Positions 36,584-49,400 are shown, numbered from the whole stretch's first letter. The stretch is 59,081 nt of DNA, filler included, from Sphaerodactylus townsendi (GCF_021028975.2; 4 parts of 3 records of this genome joined end to end with filler, not necessarily neighbours in it); one strand, 5' to 3'. Notes: a model not told the origin generated them from the letters alone. A program made the numbers and translations.

Positions 36584-36787
36584 GGGTGTTGTGGGTTTCC
36601 GGGCTGTCTGGCCGTGTTCCAGTTGCATTTTCTGCTGACGTTCCACCTGCATCTGTGGCTGGCAGATCCTCTGAAGATGCCAGCCACAGATGCAGGTGAA
36701 ACATCAGGACAAATGCTACTGGAACATGGCCATACAGCCCGGGAGCCCCACAACACCCCAGTGATTCTGACCACGAAAGCCTTCGAC
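36584..36787. mobile_element. PLE fold-back insertion (FANCM intron 2)
   Basis: Inverted arms; imperfect 15-bp TSD AAGGCCT(TG/CT)CAAGTG. Confidence 0.7.
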
Positions 36788-38194
36788 AAGGCCTCTCAAG
36801 TGTTTATATGAAAGGTCTCTGTGTGTGGTGGCTGTTATAAGCAACGAAGCATGACAGATTCTGTGCTGTCTGGGATGTAGGAAGTGGGCCAGTTTCCACT
36901 ACTCCCAACAATGCAGTAGATTTGCTTGTTGAAACCCGTCTGTGGTTCATGTGACTTCAGCCCAATTATCCCTTTTCTAGAATAAGAAAAAACAGCAAGA
37001 GAAACATGCTAGGTATCTGTCACGTACCACCAGATGGCTTGTGAGTCTTATGAACGGAAGGTGGAAAACGGATACTGATCTTAAAAGTAGCATGTGAAGT
37101 TGACCGTGTGTTTGCAAGACTGTAAGACTGCATTGGGGAAACTTCCACGAATGGCTTACCTGTTCCGGATCAACCTACTTGCCTGTTGCCTCCTTCAAGG
37201 ACCTTGGAGAGCGCCCCAGTTCAGCAGTGAGGTGCACAGTTATTCAATGTATCCTGTGCTCTGTTCTGTCCTCACAGCATCTCTGTAATGTCGGGTAGGC
37301 TGACAGTTGGTGGCTGGTCATAGAATCATAGAGCTGGGAGAGACCCCAAAGGCCATCAAGTCCAACCCCCTGCCATGCAGGAACACACGATCAAAGCGCT
37401 GGCCATCCAGCCTCTCTTTAAAAACCTCCCAAGAAGGAGACTCCGCCACCATCCGAGGGAGTGCATTCCATTGTCAAACAGCCCTGATGGTCAGGAAATA
37501 TTTATTGATGTTTAGGTGGAATTTCTTTTCCTTCCCCTTGAACCCATCACTCCTGGTCCCAGTCTCTACAGCAGCAGAAAACAAGCTTTCTCCCTCACCA
37601 ACAGGACATCCCTACACATGGCTATCATGTCACCCCTTAACCTTCTCTTCACCAAACTAAACATCCCCAGCTCCCTCAGTCTCTCCTCGTAGGGAATCGA
37701 TTCCAGACCTTTGACCATTTTAGTTGCCCTCCTCTGGACATGTTCCAGCTCATCAATATCCTTCTTAAACTGCAGTGCCCAAAACAGAACACAGTACTCT
37801 AAGTGAGGTCTAACCAACGCAGCGTAGATTGGTACAATCCCTCGATCCATAAACAATACTCCTATTGACACACAATCAAAGCACTCCCAACATATGTTCA
37901 TCCAGCCACTGTTTAAAAACCTCCACACTCCACCACTCTCCGAGGCAGTGAATTTGACTGTCAAACAGCCCTGACTGTTGGTGATCCCTTAAGAAACTCT
38001 ATGGCCCCGACTCTCCCCAGGTTAAGTCCAGCATTTAAATCTCTTTTCCCGAAAAAAGTGCCAGCTTCAAACCTTGGCATCTTTGGCTGAAAGGACTTTG
38101 GGTAGCAGGGCTGGAGGAAAGCGTTCTATGTGGGAGCTGATAATACTGGGCTACGTGACTGAATGTAGAAGGCAGCTTCAACTTTTCCCAGGAG

Positions 38195-38461
38195 TATTGT
38201 CGAAGGCTTTCACGGCCGGAATCACTGGGGTGCTGTGTGGTTTCCGGGCTGTATGGCCGTGTTCTAGCAGCATTCTCTCCTGACGTTTCGCCTGCATCTG
38301 TGGCTGGCATCTTCAGAGGATCAGATAGATCTGAGAGATCTATTTGTTGCTGATAGATCTGAGAGATCTGAGAGATCTATCAGATCCTCTGAAGATGCCA
38401 GCCACAGATGCAGGCGAAACGTCAGGAGAGAATGCTGCTAGAACACGGCCATACAGCCCGG
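38195..38461. mobile_element. PLE fold-back insertion with two intact hammerhead cores (FANCM intron 2)
   Basis: TSD TTTTCCCA(G/A)GAG (38183-38194, 38462-38473); TCCTCTGAAGATGCCAGCCACAGATGCAGGCGAAACGTCAGGA present on both strands. Confidence 0.78.
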
Positions 38462-38752
38462 TTTTCCCAAGAGCTTTTAATTTAAAAGAAGAGGAGAAGG
38501 AGTTTGGATTTATACCCTGCCTTTCTGTCCTGTAAGGAGACTCAAGGTGGCTTACAAGCTCCTTTCCCTTCCTCTCCCTACAACAGACTCCTTGTGGGGC
38601 TGAATCCAGAGTGAACTGTGAGGGGCCCACGGTCACCAACAGGCTTCACGTGGAGGAGCAGGGAAACAAATCCCGTTCTCTTGATTAGAATCTCTTGTGT
38701 GGAGGAGTGGGGAATCAAACTTGGTTCTCCAGATTACAGTCTACCTGCTCTT

Positions 38753-38850
38753 AGAAGAAGAAGAAGAAGAAGAAGAAGAAGAAGAAGAAGAAGAAGAAGA
38801 AGAAGAAGAAGAAGAAGAAGAAGAAGAGGAGTAGGAGGAGTAGGAGGAGT
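38753..38850. repeat. (GAA)n expansion of a SINE tail
   Basis: Directly visible, contiguous with the SINE 3' end. Confidence 0.92.
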
Positions 38851-39389
38851 TTGGATTTATATCCCCCCTTTCTCTCCTGCAGGAGACTCAAAGGGGCTGA
38901 CAATCTCCTTGCCCTTCCCCCCTCACAACAAACACCCTGTGAGGTAGGTGGGGCTGAGAGAGGTTCGAGAAGCTGTGACTAGCCCAAGGTCACCCAGCTG
39001 GCGTGTGTGGGAGTGCACAGGCTGATCTGAATTCCCCACATAAGCCTCCACAGCTCAGGCGGCAGATCTGGGAATCAAACCCGGTTCCTCCAGATTAGAT
39101 ACACGAGCTCTTAACCTCCTACGCCACTGCTGCTCTTAACCACCTGGCGCTATTTACTTAATCACGGGCGCCTATCATTAATGCATAGTTTGGCATCCCG
39201 TTTGGGATTCTTATCCATTTTTCTCCTAGCTTTTGTTGGGGTTCTGAACGATCTGTTAAATGGAGACCCGTGCTGTTTGTATATCGGCGTAGTAAATGCC
39301 TTGCTGATTTATGCTGCATGACAGAACTTTGGAGGGAAAGAAATACAACTACCTTTGATGATGCAAGACTGATTTCCGCCCCCCTTTAG

Positions 39390-39467
39390 GTTGTGACGGA
39401 ATTATGCAAATATACCCGACAGTTCCGCATTCTGGCTTTAAGTGCCACTCCGGGAAGTGACAAGCAG
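39390..39467 (+). CDS. FANCM: FANCM exon 3
   Basis: cctttag| ... |gtaagc, 78 nt; VVTELCKYTRQFRILALSATPGSDKQ (motif III SAT). Confidence 0.95.
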
Positions 39468-40540
39468 GTAAGCACATCGCCCCCTTAGACGGAGAACCCT
39501 TTGCCGAAGGGGCTTCTCTTTGTCTGACTCCTGTAGCTGCTGTTTCCCCATATTGTTTGTTTCCTTTGGTTTTCATCTATGAGCTCATCATAGCCCACAG
39601 GGGATATTTCAGGAGGTTCTGCTTCAGCCTCCCCTTCATTCGTGCTGCCCGGAGACAGCCGTTTTCTGGGCGCCCCCCCCTATGCCTGGGGGCGGGGCTC
39701 AGGGGGCCCTCCCGCCACCCAAGCTCTGCCCCCAGGCCTCACCCCCATGCTTATAGAAGAAGAAGAAGAGTTTGGATTTATATCCCCCCTTTCTCTCCTG
39801 CAGGAGACTCAAAGGGGCTGACAATCTCCTTGCCCTTCCCCCCTTCACAACAAACACCCTGTGAGGTAGGTGGGGCTGAGAGAGCTCCCAGAAGCTGTGA
39901 CTAGCCCAAGGTCACCCAGCTGGTGTGTGTGGGAGTGCACAGGCTAATCTGAGTTCCCCAGAGAAGCCTCCACAGCTCAGGCGGCAGAGTTGGGAATCAA
40001 ACCCGGTTCCTCCAGATTAGATACACGAGCTCTTAACCTCCTACGCCACTGCTGCTCCTTATAAAACCAAAGGAGTTGAGGACGAAGCCTTGCAGTTGCT
40101 TCTGCTCTCTCTAGAGAGGAGGGCAGAAGGGACTGCCAGCTGGGAGGGGGCGAGGCTTGAGGGGGCAGTCTCCTTGGGCTTCCTTGGCCCCGCCCACGTT
40201 GATGACACGGGCAGGGCCGAGGGTGCCTGAAAACATTGCCGTCTTCTTGGTCACGTCGGTGGTCAAATTTGCACCCCCCACTGTGACCAGATTAGTGGTG
40301 CCTTGGGACAGAGAGTACCCCCCCCCCCCGGTACCTGGGCAGATACGCCACTGATCCTGCACCAGGCAACTATGAGTGGAATGGACTTGTGGAATCCAGC
40401 AGAAAATGCAGTGATGCGCTCGAAATGCTATACAAATGCTGAGCGTTATTGTGGTTTCAAAAGCGTCTTGATTTCAGTGTACTCGGATGACCTTTTAAAA
40501 AATGCAAGTGACCGATAACATCCTCGTTGCCTCTTCAAAG

Positions 40541-40699
40541 GCCGTGCAGCAAGTGATTTCCAACCTGTTGATTTCACACATTGAACACTGGTCGGAGGAT
40601 TCCCCGGAGATCCAGCCCTATTCCCACCAACGGCTGGTCGAAAAGTGTGTCGTCCCACTGGGGGAGGAACTGTCTGAAATGCGGGCTGCTTATTTGAGG
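40541..40699 (+). CDS. FANCM: FANCM exon 4
   Basis: cttcaaag| ... |gtaagt, 159 nt; AVQQVISNLLISHIEHWSEDSPEIQPYSHQRLVEKCVVPLGEELSEMRAAYLR. Confidence 0.93.
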
Positions 40700-41240
40700 G
40701 TAAGTCGACCAGACGGCTGCCAGGGAGGGGAAACGGTGGCGGGTGGGAGCAGTTGAACAGAAAAATAAAAGAGGGATGGGCCTCTGTGGTTATCTTCTTG
40801 ATGGAGAATCTGTTTAAATAAATCATAATAAAATGGCTCTATACACGTTGAATCATTAAAACCCCATTAAAAGCCGCGTATTAGTTTTGTACTTTGCAAA
40901 AAACGTATACTTGGAGTGAAGCAAAAGGAGAAAAATCCCTCACAAAAATGAGTTCCTTGAAGAACTAGCAGATTGATTGACACATGAAACTGGGCTGGAC
41001 TGCAGCCCACACGGTATATTAAAGGGGTGCTCACTCCTCGTGTTATTGCTGGCTGAGAATCCACATCCACGGAAGGTTGTGCTTGAAGAAAATTGACTTT
41101 TTTGTTGTGTGCTGAGCGTTCTGCTTTGGAGATCTACGGGTGGGAAGAGGGTCAAATGTCATCGCAGCTGCGATAGTTGCACAAAGAGTTTTGAGCCTTC
41201 TGACTCTGGGTGGAGCTCAGCTGCCGTCTAACGCCTGGAA

Positions 41241-41721
41241 TATTGTGTACAGTTCTGGACACCGCAATTCAAGAAGGACATTGACAAGCTGAAACATGTC
41301 CAGAGGAGGGCAACAAAAATGGTCAAAGGTCTTGAGTCCATGCCCTACGAGGAGAGACTTAGGGAGCTGAATATGTTTAGTTAGGTGAAGAGAAGGTTAA
41401 GAGGTGACATGATAGCCTTGTTTAGATATTTGAAGGGATGTCATGTTGGTGAGGGAGCAAGCTTGTTTTCTGCTGCTCCAGAGACTAGGACCAGGAGAAA
41501 TGGGTTCAAGGGGAAGGAAAAGAGATTCCACTTAAACATCAGAATAAACTTCCTGACCATCAGGGCTGTTTGACAGTGGAATGCATTTCCTCAAAGTGTG
41601 GTGGAGTCTCCTTCTCTGGAGGTTTTTAAAGAGAGGCTGGATGGCCATCTGTCGGGAGTACTTCAGTTGTGTGTGCCTGCATTGCAGGGGGTTGGACTTG
41701 ATAGCCCTTGGCACTCTATGA
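41241..41721 (+). mobile_element. CR1 LINE, second subfamily (also 19765-19983 +, 37320-37980 -)
   Basis: [19 protein letters not shown]; ORF 37566-37964 contains [18 protein letters not shown]. Confidence 0.82.
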
Positions 41722-42636
41722 TAACACATTGGGCTTTTAGGTAACGAGTGGCTAATAGTTGGTTATTGCAAGCCCCAGTGGGAGGCTGCTCTTTGCAGCT
41801 AGAGGTGGCCGTGGGCACCCTTTGTTGTGTGGGCCAAGCCCCTTAGCACTTCTCCTGCACCCGGCAACTCCTGCGGGATCCTTGAACATGTAAATTGCCA
41901 GGTGAGGTTATAATTCTCATTCTCTATGTTGGTTGCAGAATCTATTTTATACTGTGCTTTTCTCATTCTTTTCTCATTCCTCAATCCCTGGCCCCAAGGC
42001 GATCCGGCTGGCCTCTACAAGGGCCAGGGCTTTTACGGTCCTGGCCCCTACCTGGTGGAACAGGCTTCCGAGTGAGATCAGGGCCCTGCGGGACTTACAG
42101 AGTTTCCGCAGGGCCTGTAAAACGGACCTGTTCCGCCAGGCATTTGGCCAGCCGGGATGATTTCAACTTCGCCATAAGAACATCTGGCCTCCGTGGGTAC
42201 ACAAAGGGGGGAGGGAGGGGTTGAAGCCATCTGCAAGTTTTAGTATTTTATGTATTATTATATGTTTTAAATTGTTTTTATGACTGATGGACACCGCCCT
42301 GAGCCTTTGGGGGAGGGTGGTATGTAAATATGATAAATAAATAAAATAACTAAATTCTCATCGTGAACAGCCCCTTCAAAATAATTTCACTGCTTGCTCA
42401 TGTGCAGTCCTGCACACTAACACAGGGTCTTGCTAGGAAGAGGAAGAGACAGCAGCAGGAGACTCGTACTTGAAGGACCAAAGCCTCTCTTGTGCCTCTG
42501 CCTGGCACACCCAAGAGCCTCAGAACGGGGGCCCTGGCAAGATTGTTTACGCACTGGCTTGTGAGGGATGTGCGCATGAAGGGGTGGTGTTCTTCTCCTT
42601 GGTTTGCTCTCAGAATTTTGGAGGCATTTTTGCTTT

Positions 42637-42831
42637 AGGGTGTTGTGGGTTTTCCGGGTTGCATGGCCGTGTTCCAGTAGCATTTTCTCCTGATGTTTCG
42701 CTTGCATCTGTGGCCGGCATCTTCAGAGGATCAGCCGAAAAGCTGGGAGAAAATGCTACTGAAACACCGCTATGCAACCCGGAAAACCCACAACGCCCCA
42801 GTGATTCCAATCATGAAAGCCTTCAACAATA
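42637..42831. mobile_element. PLE fold-back insertion (degenerate)
   Basis: TSD CATTT(T/C)TGCTTT (42625-42636, 42832-42843); same arm sequence as the other copies. Confidence 0.68.
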
Positions 42832-43058
42832 CATTTCTGCTTTCTTTCCGTAAGAGTCTGCTCCTTGGGATGATGCAGGCATTTATGCCCCACCGCGCAT
42901 CATAGTGAGCTCCTGAGGTACAACCTCTCCCCACCCTTGCATTTTTCTTGTGGCTTCACTAGGGAAGAGGAACGGCCAATTGAAATCTCTTGCTGTCTTT
43001 TCCATATCTTCCCCAGAACCTGTGCCTTGCTAGAGTTACTGATGTCTAGATTGTGGCG

Positions 43059-43150
43059 AGGAAGGAAGGAAGGAAGGAAGGAAGGAAGGAAGGAAGGAAG
43101 GAAGGAAGGAAGGAAGGAAGGAAGGAAGGAAGGAAGGAAGGAAGGAAGGA
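43059..43150. repeat. (GGAA)n microsatellite
   Basis: Directly visible. Confidence 0.95.
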
Positions 43151-43314
43151 ATTGGGACCCCACACCCCAGCAGGGTAGTCCCATCAGATTTCTGGAGCAG
43201 GGATCCTCACTGGACTGGAGACCCATGTAAAACTTCACGGCCTCTTCAGAAACAGGAACACTTGGCAAATATATTTGTGGTTCTTAAAGTGTTATGATTA
43301 TGAATGGTAAATGG

Positions 43315-43726
43315 AGCAGCAGTGGCGTAGGAGGTTAAGAGCTCGTGTATCTAATCTGGAGGAACCGGGTTTGATTCCCAGCTCTGCCGCCTGAGCTGTG
43401 GAGGCTTATCTGGGGAATTCAGATTAGCCTGTACACTCCCACACATGCCAGCTGGGTGACCTTGGGCTAGTCACAGCTTTCTGGAGCTCTCTCAGCCCCA
43501 CCCACCTCACAGGGTGTTAGTTGTGAGGGGGGAAGGGCAAGGAGATTGTAAGCCCCTTTGAGTCTCCTGCAGGAGAGAAAGAGGGGATATAAATCCAAAC
43601 TCTTCTTCTTCTTCTACCTCACAGGGTGTTAGTTGTGAGGGGGGGGAAGGGCAAGGAGATTGTAAGCCCCTTTGAGTCTCCTACAGGAGAGAAAGGGGGG
43701 ATATAAATCCAAACTCTTCTTCTTCT
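43315..43726 (+). mobile_element. Full-length Squam3-like SINE with a tandemly duplicated 3' end; more than 20 copies in the window (e.g. 15637-15938, 21305-21590, 24808-25110, 26052-26655, 26978-27270, 30680-30912, 38753-39135, 39755-40058, 45875-46178, 53016-53280)
   Basis: tRNA-like head GCAGCAGTGGCGTAGGAGGTTAAGAGC...GGGTTTGATTCCC and (CTT)n tail; family name from recalled consensus. Confidence 0.82.
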
Positions 43727-44128
43727 GAAACCCAGTGTTGTAGGCTAAATACATTAGTTCATTACAGATAAAACAAAATGAGAGTCTTGTGGCTTTTTAG
43801 AGGCGATTAAGTGGCCTTCGGTCCATGCGAGCTTCAGTATCTTTGAAGGGCCAAGACTCCCTTTAGTTTCAAAGTCGCCGCATGTCGTGCCCCTGGTCTG
43901 ACGCTGCGTGACACCGGATGCTCATATTTAACTCGCTGTCCACCCACACCCCAAGATCTTATTCACACACACGGCCACTCAGTAGTGTGTCCCCCATCCA
44001 GAGAGAAAGGGGGAGAAGAGGGAGGGTCAGCCAGGGGGGTTGCCCACATCTTCCCCCACAGCAACACCCACCACCACTGCAAAAAAAAAAAAGCCACTAG
44101 TTTAAAATTAAGGTAAATTGACTTTCAC

Positions 44129-44858
44129 GCAAACTCTATGCTGGGGATCATTAGAAAAGGAATTGATAATAAAACTGCAAGGATTGTCATGCCCTTATAT
44201 AAAGCAGTGGTGCGACCGCACTTGGAGTACTGTGTTCAGTTCTGGTCGCCACATCTCAAAAAGGATATCAAAGAGATAGAAAAAGTGCAGAGAAGGGCAA
44301 TGAGGATGATTGAGGGACTGGAGCACCTTCCTTATGAGGAGAGGCTGCAGCATTTGGGACTCTTTAGTTTGGAGAGGAGACGTTTGAGGGGGTATAGGAT
44401 TGAAGTCTATAAAATTATGCATGGGGTAGAAAATGTTGACAGAGAGAATTTTTTCTCTCTTTCTCACAATACTAGAACCAGGGGGCATCCATTGAAAATG
44501 CTGGGGGGAAGAATTAGGACTAATAAAAGGAAACACTTCTTCACGCAACGTGTGACTGGTGTTTGGAACATGCTGCCACAGGAGGTGGTGATGGCCACTA
44601 ACATGGATAGCTTTAAAAAGGGCTTGGACAGATTTATGGAGGAGAAGTCGATCTCTGGCTCCCAATCTTGATCCTCCTTGATCTCAGATTGCAAATGCCT
44701 TAACAGTCCAGGTGCTCGGGAGCAGCAGCAGCAGCAGAAGGCCATTGCTTTCACATCCTGCATGTGAGCTCCCAAAGGTACCTGGTGGGCCACTACGAGT
44801 AGCAGAGTGCTGGACTAGATGGACTCTGGTCTGATCCAGCTGGCTCATTCTTATGTTC
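44129..44858 (+). mobile_element. CR1 LINE 3' fragment, same young family
   Basis: Near-identical to 31432-32230. Confidence 0.92.
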
Positions 44859-46335
44859 ACAGTCTAGAAGTAAGCCAATCTTAATTTTAAAACAACCACA
44901 ACCTTTTTTTTCCTGGCCAGGGAGGGAGTGGGGAAATGTAAACTTACACGTCAGTAAAGACTTTTCCTGTGCACCCCGCAGTGTTCTGCTGCATACCCCT
45001 GGGAGTTTGCTCACCTCAGGTTGGGAGCCAGCGTTCTAGGGCATAGTTAAATTGAGGAAATGGCAGGAGTTCACGCATCATCACCTCAAGGTTGTTTCAG
45101 GAGTGATCCTGGAACCAGGCTCTGCCCTTGGATTTTATGGGATCAGAGGGGATCTGGAAGGTGAAGCATGGCTGTGTGTGTGTTCGCTGTGGGATGCATG
45201 ATCAGGAACTGCACAGAATTTGGAGCATTAGAACCATGTAACATAGAACAGTCATTTGGAAAACTATTTTATTTTAAAGGTTTACATTTTGCCATCATTC
45301 AGAAAACTAGTTCTCTGGGTGGTTTGTACTAAACTGTTCAACCTCAAAACGCAGTGCAATTATGAACATACTAAAATAGAAATATAACCACACCGCAGGA
45401 ACACACAACATTAAACAGTTGAAAAATTAATATAAAAAGCAGTAAAAGGTGACCAAGGGTAAAATAAACAGGTAGAAACAGATAAAGCCGCTGTGACACT
45501 ATTAACGTTGTATTAGAAGTAAAGAAAGGAACACTGCCTAAAGCAAGGGTCCCAATCCTTTTTGAATTCTGAGGACACCTTTAAAATCCTGGCGCAGGGT
45601 GGTGGGCGCAGCCACAATATGGCTGCCTCCTTCTGGGGTCTCCTGTCTTTGCTTTGTCATAGAGTGCGGAAGAATGCACTTGAAAGACACCGGGAATAAG
45701 TGATTTAACCAACGTGGTTTTAGATCGAGCCCAAACCAATGTAAATGTCATAGAACCCTTTGATTAATACATTCATGACCAGCCTTACAGAACTTTGGCA
45801 GCAACTTGAAGAATTTTTGTGTGTGTTAACTGGTGGTAAATATCTCAAGGTTATCTTCTTATGGCTGAGGAATGGAAGAAGAAGAAGAAGAGTTGCATTT
45901 ATATCGCCTCTTTCTCTCCTGTAAGGAGACTCGAAGGGGCTTACAAACTCCTTTCCCTTCCCCACCCCCCACAACAAACACCCTGTGAGGTGGGTGAGGC
46001 TGAGAGAGCTCTGAAGAACTGTGACTAGCCCAAGGTCGCCCAGCTGGCATGTGTTGGAGTGTACAAGCTAATATGGTTCCCCAAATAAGCCTCTACAGCT
46101 CAAGCGGCAGAGTGGGGAATCAAACCCAGTTCCCCAGATTAGAGTGCACCTGCTCTTAACCACTACACCACGCTGGAGCAGTCTGGGCAATATATAAAGT
46201 TGTAGAACAGGTTACTCCTGCATTCTCCTGAGTGTCATATTTGAGTGTAACACTCAATCCTTTCAGCTGACCTGTCACGATTCTGTTGCTCATCTTCAGT
46301 GTGCTGATGGTCGACTCAGCTACTTCACAGTTCAT

Positions 46336-46685
46336 ATTAGGACTAATAAAAGGAAACACTTCTTCACACAATGTGTGATTGGTGTTTGGAATATGCTGCC
46401 CCAGGAGGTGGTGATGGCCACTCACCTGGATAGCTTTAAAAGGGGCTTGGACAGATTGATGGAGGAGAAGTCGATCTATGGCTACCCATCTTGATCCTCC
46501 TTGATCTGAGATTGCAAATGCCTTAGCAGACCAGGTGCTCAGGAGCAGCAGCAGCTGCAGAAGGCTATTGCTTTCACCTCCTGCCTGTGAGCTTCCAAAG
46601 GCACCTGGTGGGCCACTGCGAGTAGCAGAGTGCTGGACTAGATGGACTCTGGTCTGATCCAGCAGGCTAGTTCTTATGTTCTTAT
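46336..46685 (+). mobile_element. CR1 3' end (more copies at 30098-30312 -, 34374-34631 +, 49898-50228 -, 53644-54000 +, 58719-59081 +)
   Basis: Shared ORF2 end, 3' UTR and TTCTTATG tail. Confidence 0.88.
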
Positions 46686-46695
46686 ATGAAGCCGG

Positions 46696-46867
46696 CTACA
46701 GTCTCTCAAGAAACCATATTTCATTCAGTCGAGTAGCAGCAGCTGGGTTGGTGTATCCTGCAACGATAAAAGTGTCTCTCAAGCACAGCTCGGGGTTTCC
46801 CAGAAGTTCCGCCAGCAGATTTATTTCTCTTGCAATTGAGCCTTCGTTTGTGACTCCTCCGAAGCCC
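46696..46867 (-). CDS. soul3: SOUL/HEBP-family heme-binding protein (soul3-like), last coding exon
   Basis: ttggcag| phase 2; (R)GFGGVTNEGSIAREINLLAELLGNPELCLRDTFIVAGYTNPAAATRLNEIWFLERL-TAG; SOUL signatures FGG, AGY..P, R.NEIW. Paralogue assignment from recalled fish soul3 (FIVAGYTNPAAANRQNEIWFLER). Confidence 0.85.
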
Positions 46868-48220
46868 CTGCCAACAGACCTTGCTTTAGACTTACTGCGT
46901 CCCAAGAGTTCATGTTACAACAAATATAATTATTTCAGTCATAGTAATAATAGTGCAGTCTTGAGAACAGCTCCACCCTTCTATTGATTTCAGTGGGCTT
47001 AACATGCCACAGCTCTGCTTGGGTCTACGTTGTAACTAAGACTTCCCCATTTTATAGATGAACTGCTGGAGTCAGGGGGAGAAATTAATCTTGCCAGATC
47101 CCTCCAGCGCCAAGCTGGATCTAGCTGATGGCAAAAATTAGGTAGCTTGTCAGAAACTGTGGCAGTAGTTGGCTAACTCACTTAAGGGGCAGTAAAACAT
47201 ATACAGACTTTTTAACAGGGTACACAGAGAGCTTTCTTGCTAGGAACTTTACATCCAGGAAACGGAAATGGTTTGGGATCTCTGCAGCGACAACTGAGAT
47301 TTCACTAGACATCGGCCACATTTCAAGTCTTGTCTCTGAAGAGACGGGAACATAGAGTTTTAAAAAATCATCTTTAATTCTTCATTGTTAGGTGTTTGGA
47401 CGCCCAACAAAAACGAACATTGAAACTGAGATACTAAATGAGAGGTTATCTTTTGATTTCCCCAATAAGCATATGTCAGAGGGGAGCAGTATTTACAGTT
47501 TGGGTCCACCTCTTTTGAGCCCTTTTGGGCTCTTCTTACTTCTGATAGTGTGTGTGTGTGGGTGGGGGTGGGGAGTCACAAAATGGCTGCCCCGGCTTAT
47601 CTTGAGTCACACAGTGAAGATCGTCATGCTGAGGTGGCAGCCACTGGCCAAGTAGTGTTTTCAAAAATCTTCCAAGCATAAGCATAGGCATTTTATTGTC
47701 ATTGTGCACGCACAGCGAAATTTACAGCAGCATTCCTCAATGCACACAATTTCAGACTCATACCCCATCCTCACTTTCCCCTTCCTCCACCCATCCCTAC
47801 ACAGCCCCAAACATATCAACACAAAGCCCCGGAGTTCAGCCTAGCCACAGCTCTAGAGTAGAAGCTGTCTCTAAGCCTCTTTGTCCTAGTTTTGATAGAC
47901 CTGTATCGTCTGCCGGATGGTAACAGTTCAAAAAAGGAGTGTGCTGGACGAGACGGGTCTCTCGGAATATGTTGGGCTTTCTTTAGGCTTCGGGAATTAT
48001 AGAGTTCTTCCCAGGAGGGGGGGGGGACGGCTACGATAATCCTCTCTGTGGGAGCGGTGCCTTTGGAGCGCGCTATATCTGCCACTGTGCAACTGGAACC
48101 TCACCTGGCTGGCACCGAGTTGGAGACCCCCGAGTTAAAGGCCTGCAATGGTGCCGCTTCCGAGTAACTCGCCCGAGCGTCCAGGCTTGTTGGACACCCC
48201 TGGCCTGGGCCACTTCTTAC

Positions 48221-48404
48221 CTGGCATAAACCACGGCTGGAGGCCACTCTTCAATGATGATATCAGGGTCGTGGGGATCTGGAGGCTGATCCTGCAACCC
48301 CCCAGGGAGGTAGTAGGCTACTGTCACAAATCTTGTGATGTCCGATGTGGATTCGCCAGTATGAATTACGGTCACGATAGGAACCGTCATCCCCAAGTAT
48401 AGCC
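48221..48404 (-). CDS. soul3: soul3-like, penultimate exon
   Basis: atccacag| ... |gtaaga, 184 nt, phase 1-2; GLYLGMTVPIVTVIHT...VTVAYYLPGGLQDQPPDPHDPDIIIEEWPPAVVYA (SOUL GMTVP and Q..PP.P.D motifs). Not in the supplied ORF track in this frame. Confidence 0.87.
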
Positions 48405-48791
48405 CTGTGGATAACGTGCCGTCGTTAGTGATTCCCTGATGTTGGGGAGTAGCTCGCTGTGGTTTTAATAACCTACTTTTAAAAGAATTTTGTAGGCTTG
48501 CTAAACTGGTTTGTAATATCTTCAGGAATCAGTTAGTGCCAAGCGGGGACTGATCACCAAGTCAAAATCTAGCACTTTGGAACCCTTTTCCGGCAGCCTG
48601 GGGAACAGAATCTGCGCCTGGCTCCTCCAAGGTCTGGAAAGCAGGGCACCAAACTAAAGCGGATTTACTGGGGCTTAGGGCCACTCTCGTTATTTTAGGG
48701 CAGGATACCTCTAGAACTAATGAGTATGTATCTCTTTTACCCGCTGTAATGAATGGGCAGTAATGGATGACTTTAAAAAAAGACTTGTACC

Positions 48792-49400
48792 CAGTGGTGG
48801 GATCCAAAAATTTTAGTAACAGGTTCCCATGGTGGTGGGATTCAAACGGTGGCGTGTTAGCACCAATGCTGGGGCTGGTGAGGAACGCGACCGGGGCGTG
48901 GCGGAGGGCATTCCAGAAGCGGGGCATTAATAATTTCTCTGTTACTGTAAAACCCTCTTACTGTAAAAAAAACGGTCCCTAATTTCCGGCTGCGAAAGGT
49001 ATCTTTCTGTCTGTAATTTATGACTCATTATAGCAGGTACTGTAGTATTTCCTGACAGCAGAAACAACTTCCTTCTCCTCTAATCGACTGCCATCAAATG
49101 CGCTTAATACTTTTAATACTTAATTTTGTATCTAGAAATCAAAAGAAGGAGACTTTCCTGAAACAAGGAACTTTACCATATTTCTAACACATGTTTTTAA
49201 AACAGCCCAACAGGGAGAATTATCCCGTTTTCTACCTTCGCTAACCAGCCACATAGGAAACAACAGGACTTTATGATTTTTGGACCTAATGGAGTTTCTA
49301 ACGGAAAAGCGGACCCAATTAGTAACCCCCTCTCAGCACACATAAATCATTAGTAACCCCCTCTCGGGAACTGGTGAGAACCTGCTGGATCCCACCTCTG
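48792..49400. mobile_element. Non-autonomous hAT element at a soul3-like 5' splice site (partial relative at about 55383-55779)
   Basis: TIR CAG(T/A)GGTGGGATCC; 8-bp TSD CTTGTACC (48784-48791, 49401-49408). Confidence 0.9.

Noticed and set aside
41800-41901. Exon-like segment (cag|...|gtgagg) as FANCM exon 5; also a short open frame near 45750-45865
   Set aside because: Stop codon in the required phase-0 frame and no similarity to the expected FANCM sequence.
43315-43385. tRNA gene
   Set aside because: It is a tRNA-derived SINE head continuing into the SINE body and tail in many copies.
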